The notes under the pieces: model-generated
Told to the model about the DNA's origin: nothing
The model's database searches: none
The model's input: only the letters and a program-made list of their open reading frames with translations
Source of the DNA: Sphagnum compactum
Taxonomy: Eukaryota
NCBI GenBank assembly: GCA_965153455.1
Contig: OZ234493.1
Location: forward strand, 434,001-498,000
Reading direction: 5' to 3'
Length of the DNA: 64,000 nt
Translations under genes and position numbers: made by a program
In this document: in pieces, positions 63,001 through 64,000 of the stretch
Layout: every line of letters starts with the position of its first letter
How positions within the stretch are numbered: the first letter of the stretch is position 1

Positions 63001-64000
63001 TTGTTCATGGAATAAAGCTTGTTAAAGAAACCGAATAGAATAAGTGAGTAGAGCAGTAAGTTAGGAGGGAAAGAAAAAAATTGGGCCTGTGCCAAACATC
63101 CAAAAGGAAAGAAAGTGTGAAAGAGACAAAAATCCGAGGAAAAAAGACAGCCAACATAACCTAGGCTAGCTAAGTGTTCATGAGAAAATTTTCATCCATG
63201 CAAAGGAATCATCATTTTTCATTTAGGGCCATTACTAATGTAGGTGTTCATTCATCCAAATAGCCTTCCCTTGACATCTCCAATTGGGAAATAATTCAAT
63301 TTGCACCTATGTCTCACAGTTCTTTTTTATTACCACTCTGATTAACCAAACCTATTTCTTCCTTTGACATTCACAAGTTGGGGAATATATTTGAATGCAC
63401 CCATTTTTCATAATTGTTTTTCTCAATTCATTTTTTTACACAACTTTTATTCCAACTTTAGTTCTTCAAGCACCACTAACTCAAAGAATGAATATAAGCT
63501 TAGTACTATAGCACCAACATGGATTACTAGGGGTAAAAGTTTAATTAAATAATATTGTGACTTTGGAGTAAAAGGATGGGTAAGTATGGAAAGAAATAAT
63601 TCAACTTATTAGTTTTATCTTTAGAATCTTTGACTAGGACATAGTTTAAAACTCATCTGAATAATTTAAATTACTTATTTTGGATTAGACGTAATTAAAA
63701 ATGAACTATCTAAACTTAACTAAAACTTGACTAAATTTTTCAAGTGTTTTGTATGGAATGTGGTTGTTACAATGGATTTTTGTTGAGCACCTCACCTATG
63801 TGATAGTAGGGATTTGATTCAAAATTAACTTTCATAAGTCCCAAACCATTCCCCATGTACCTCTTCCTTCCCTATAATACATTCCATTCAAACTTTACTT
63901 CCTAGGGATTAAGTATTTCCCAATCCCACCAACTTTCTTCAACCCATCCACTTCCAAAGCCCCCAAAGCATTCCCAACCACCTAAACATGTACACTTCCC

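Overview
AT-rich, transposon-dense land-plant genomic DNA. The repeat families and gene content suggest a bryophyte such as Sphagnum, but this is inference and was not verified. Two apparently intact protein-coding genes are present. (1) An intronless minus-strand gene at 26194-27558 of the Chloroplast_duf / 'petal formation-expressed' / At4g22030-like family, built from two two-helix membrane hairpins. (2) A two-exon minus-strand gene at 55519-55214 + 54992-53604 (564 aa) encoding a secreted-type precursor. It has a signal peptide, an RRFL motif and nine copies of an invariant core (EAP)DLDLSRPAPTGHPPSP, each closed by KR and separated by variable acidic spacers. This candidate multi-copy peptide precursor has partial CLE/CEP-like spacing but matches no family I recognise, and it is the most interesting item. 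Gene (1) is the survivor of a decaying tandem array: a copy cut at codon 29 by a hAT element (11.4 kb), a probably deleted copy whose place is taken by a LINE fragment (13.5-16.6 kb), and an inverted, internally deleted pseudogene (43.1 kb). The rest is nested TEs: a hAT element containing a retro-like insert containing a solo LTR, an RTE-X-like LINE fragment, a degenerate Helitron next to FAD2 and SINA gene fragments, TA-flanked and hAT-type MITEs, and many tandem repeats. No rRNA, tRNA or CRISPR array was seen.
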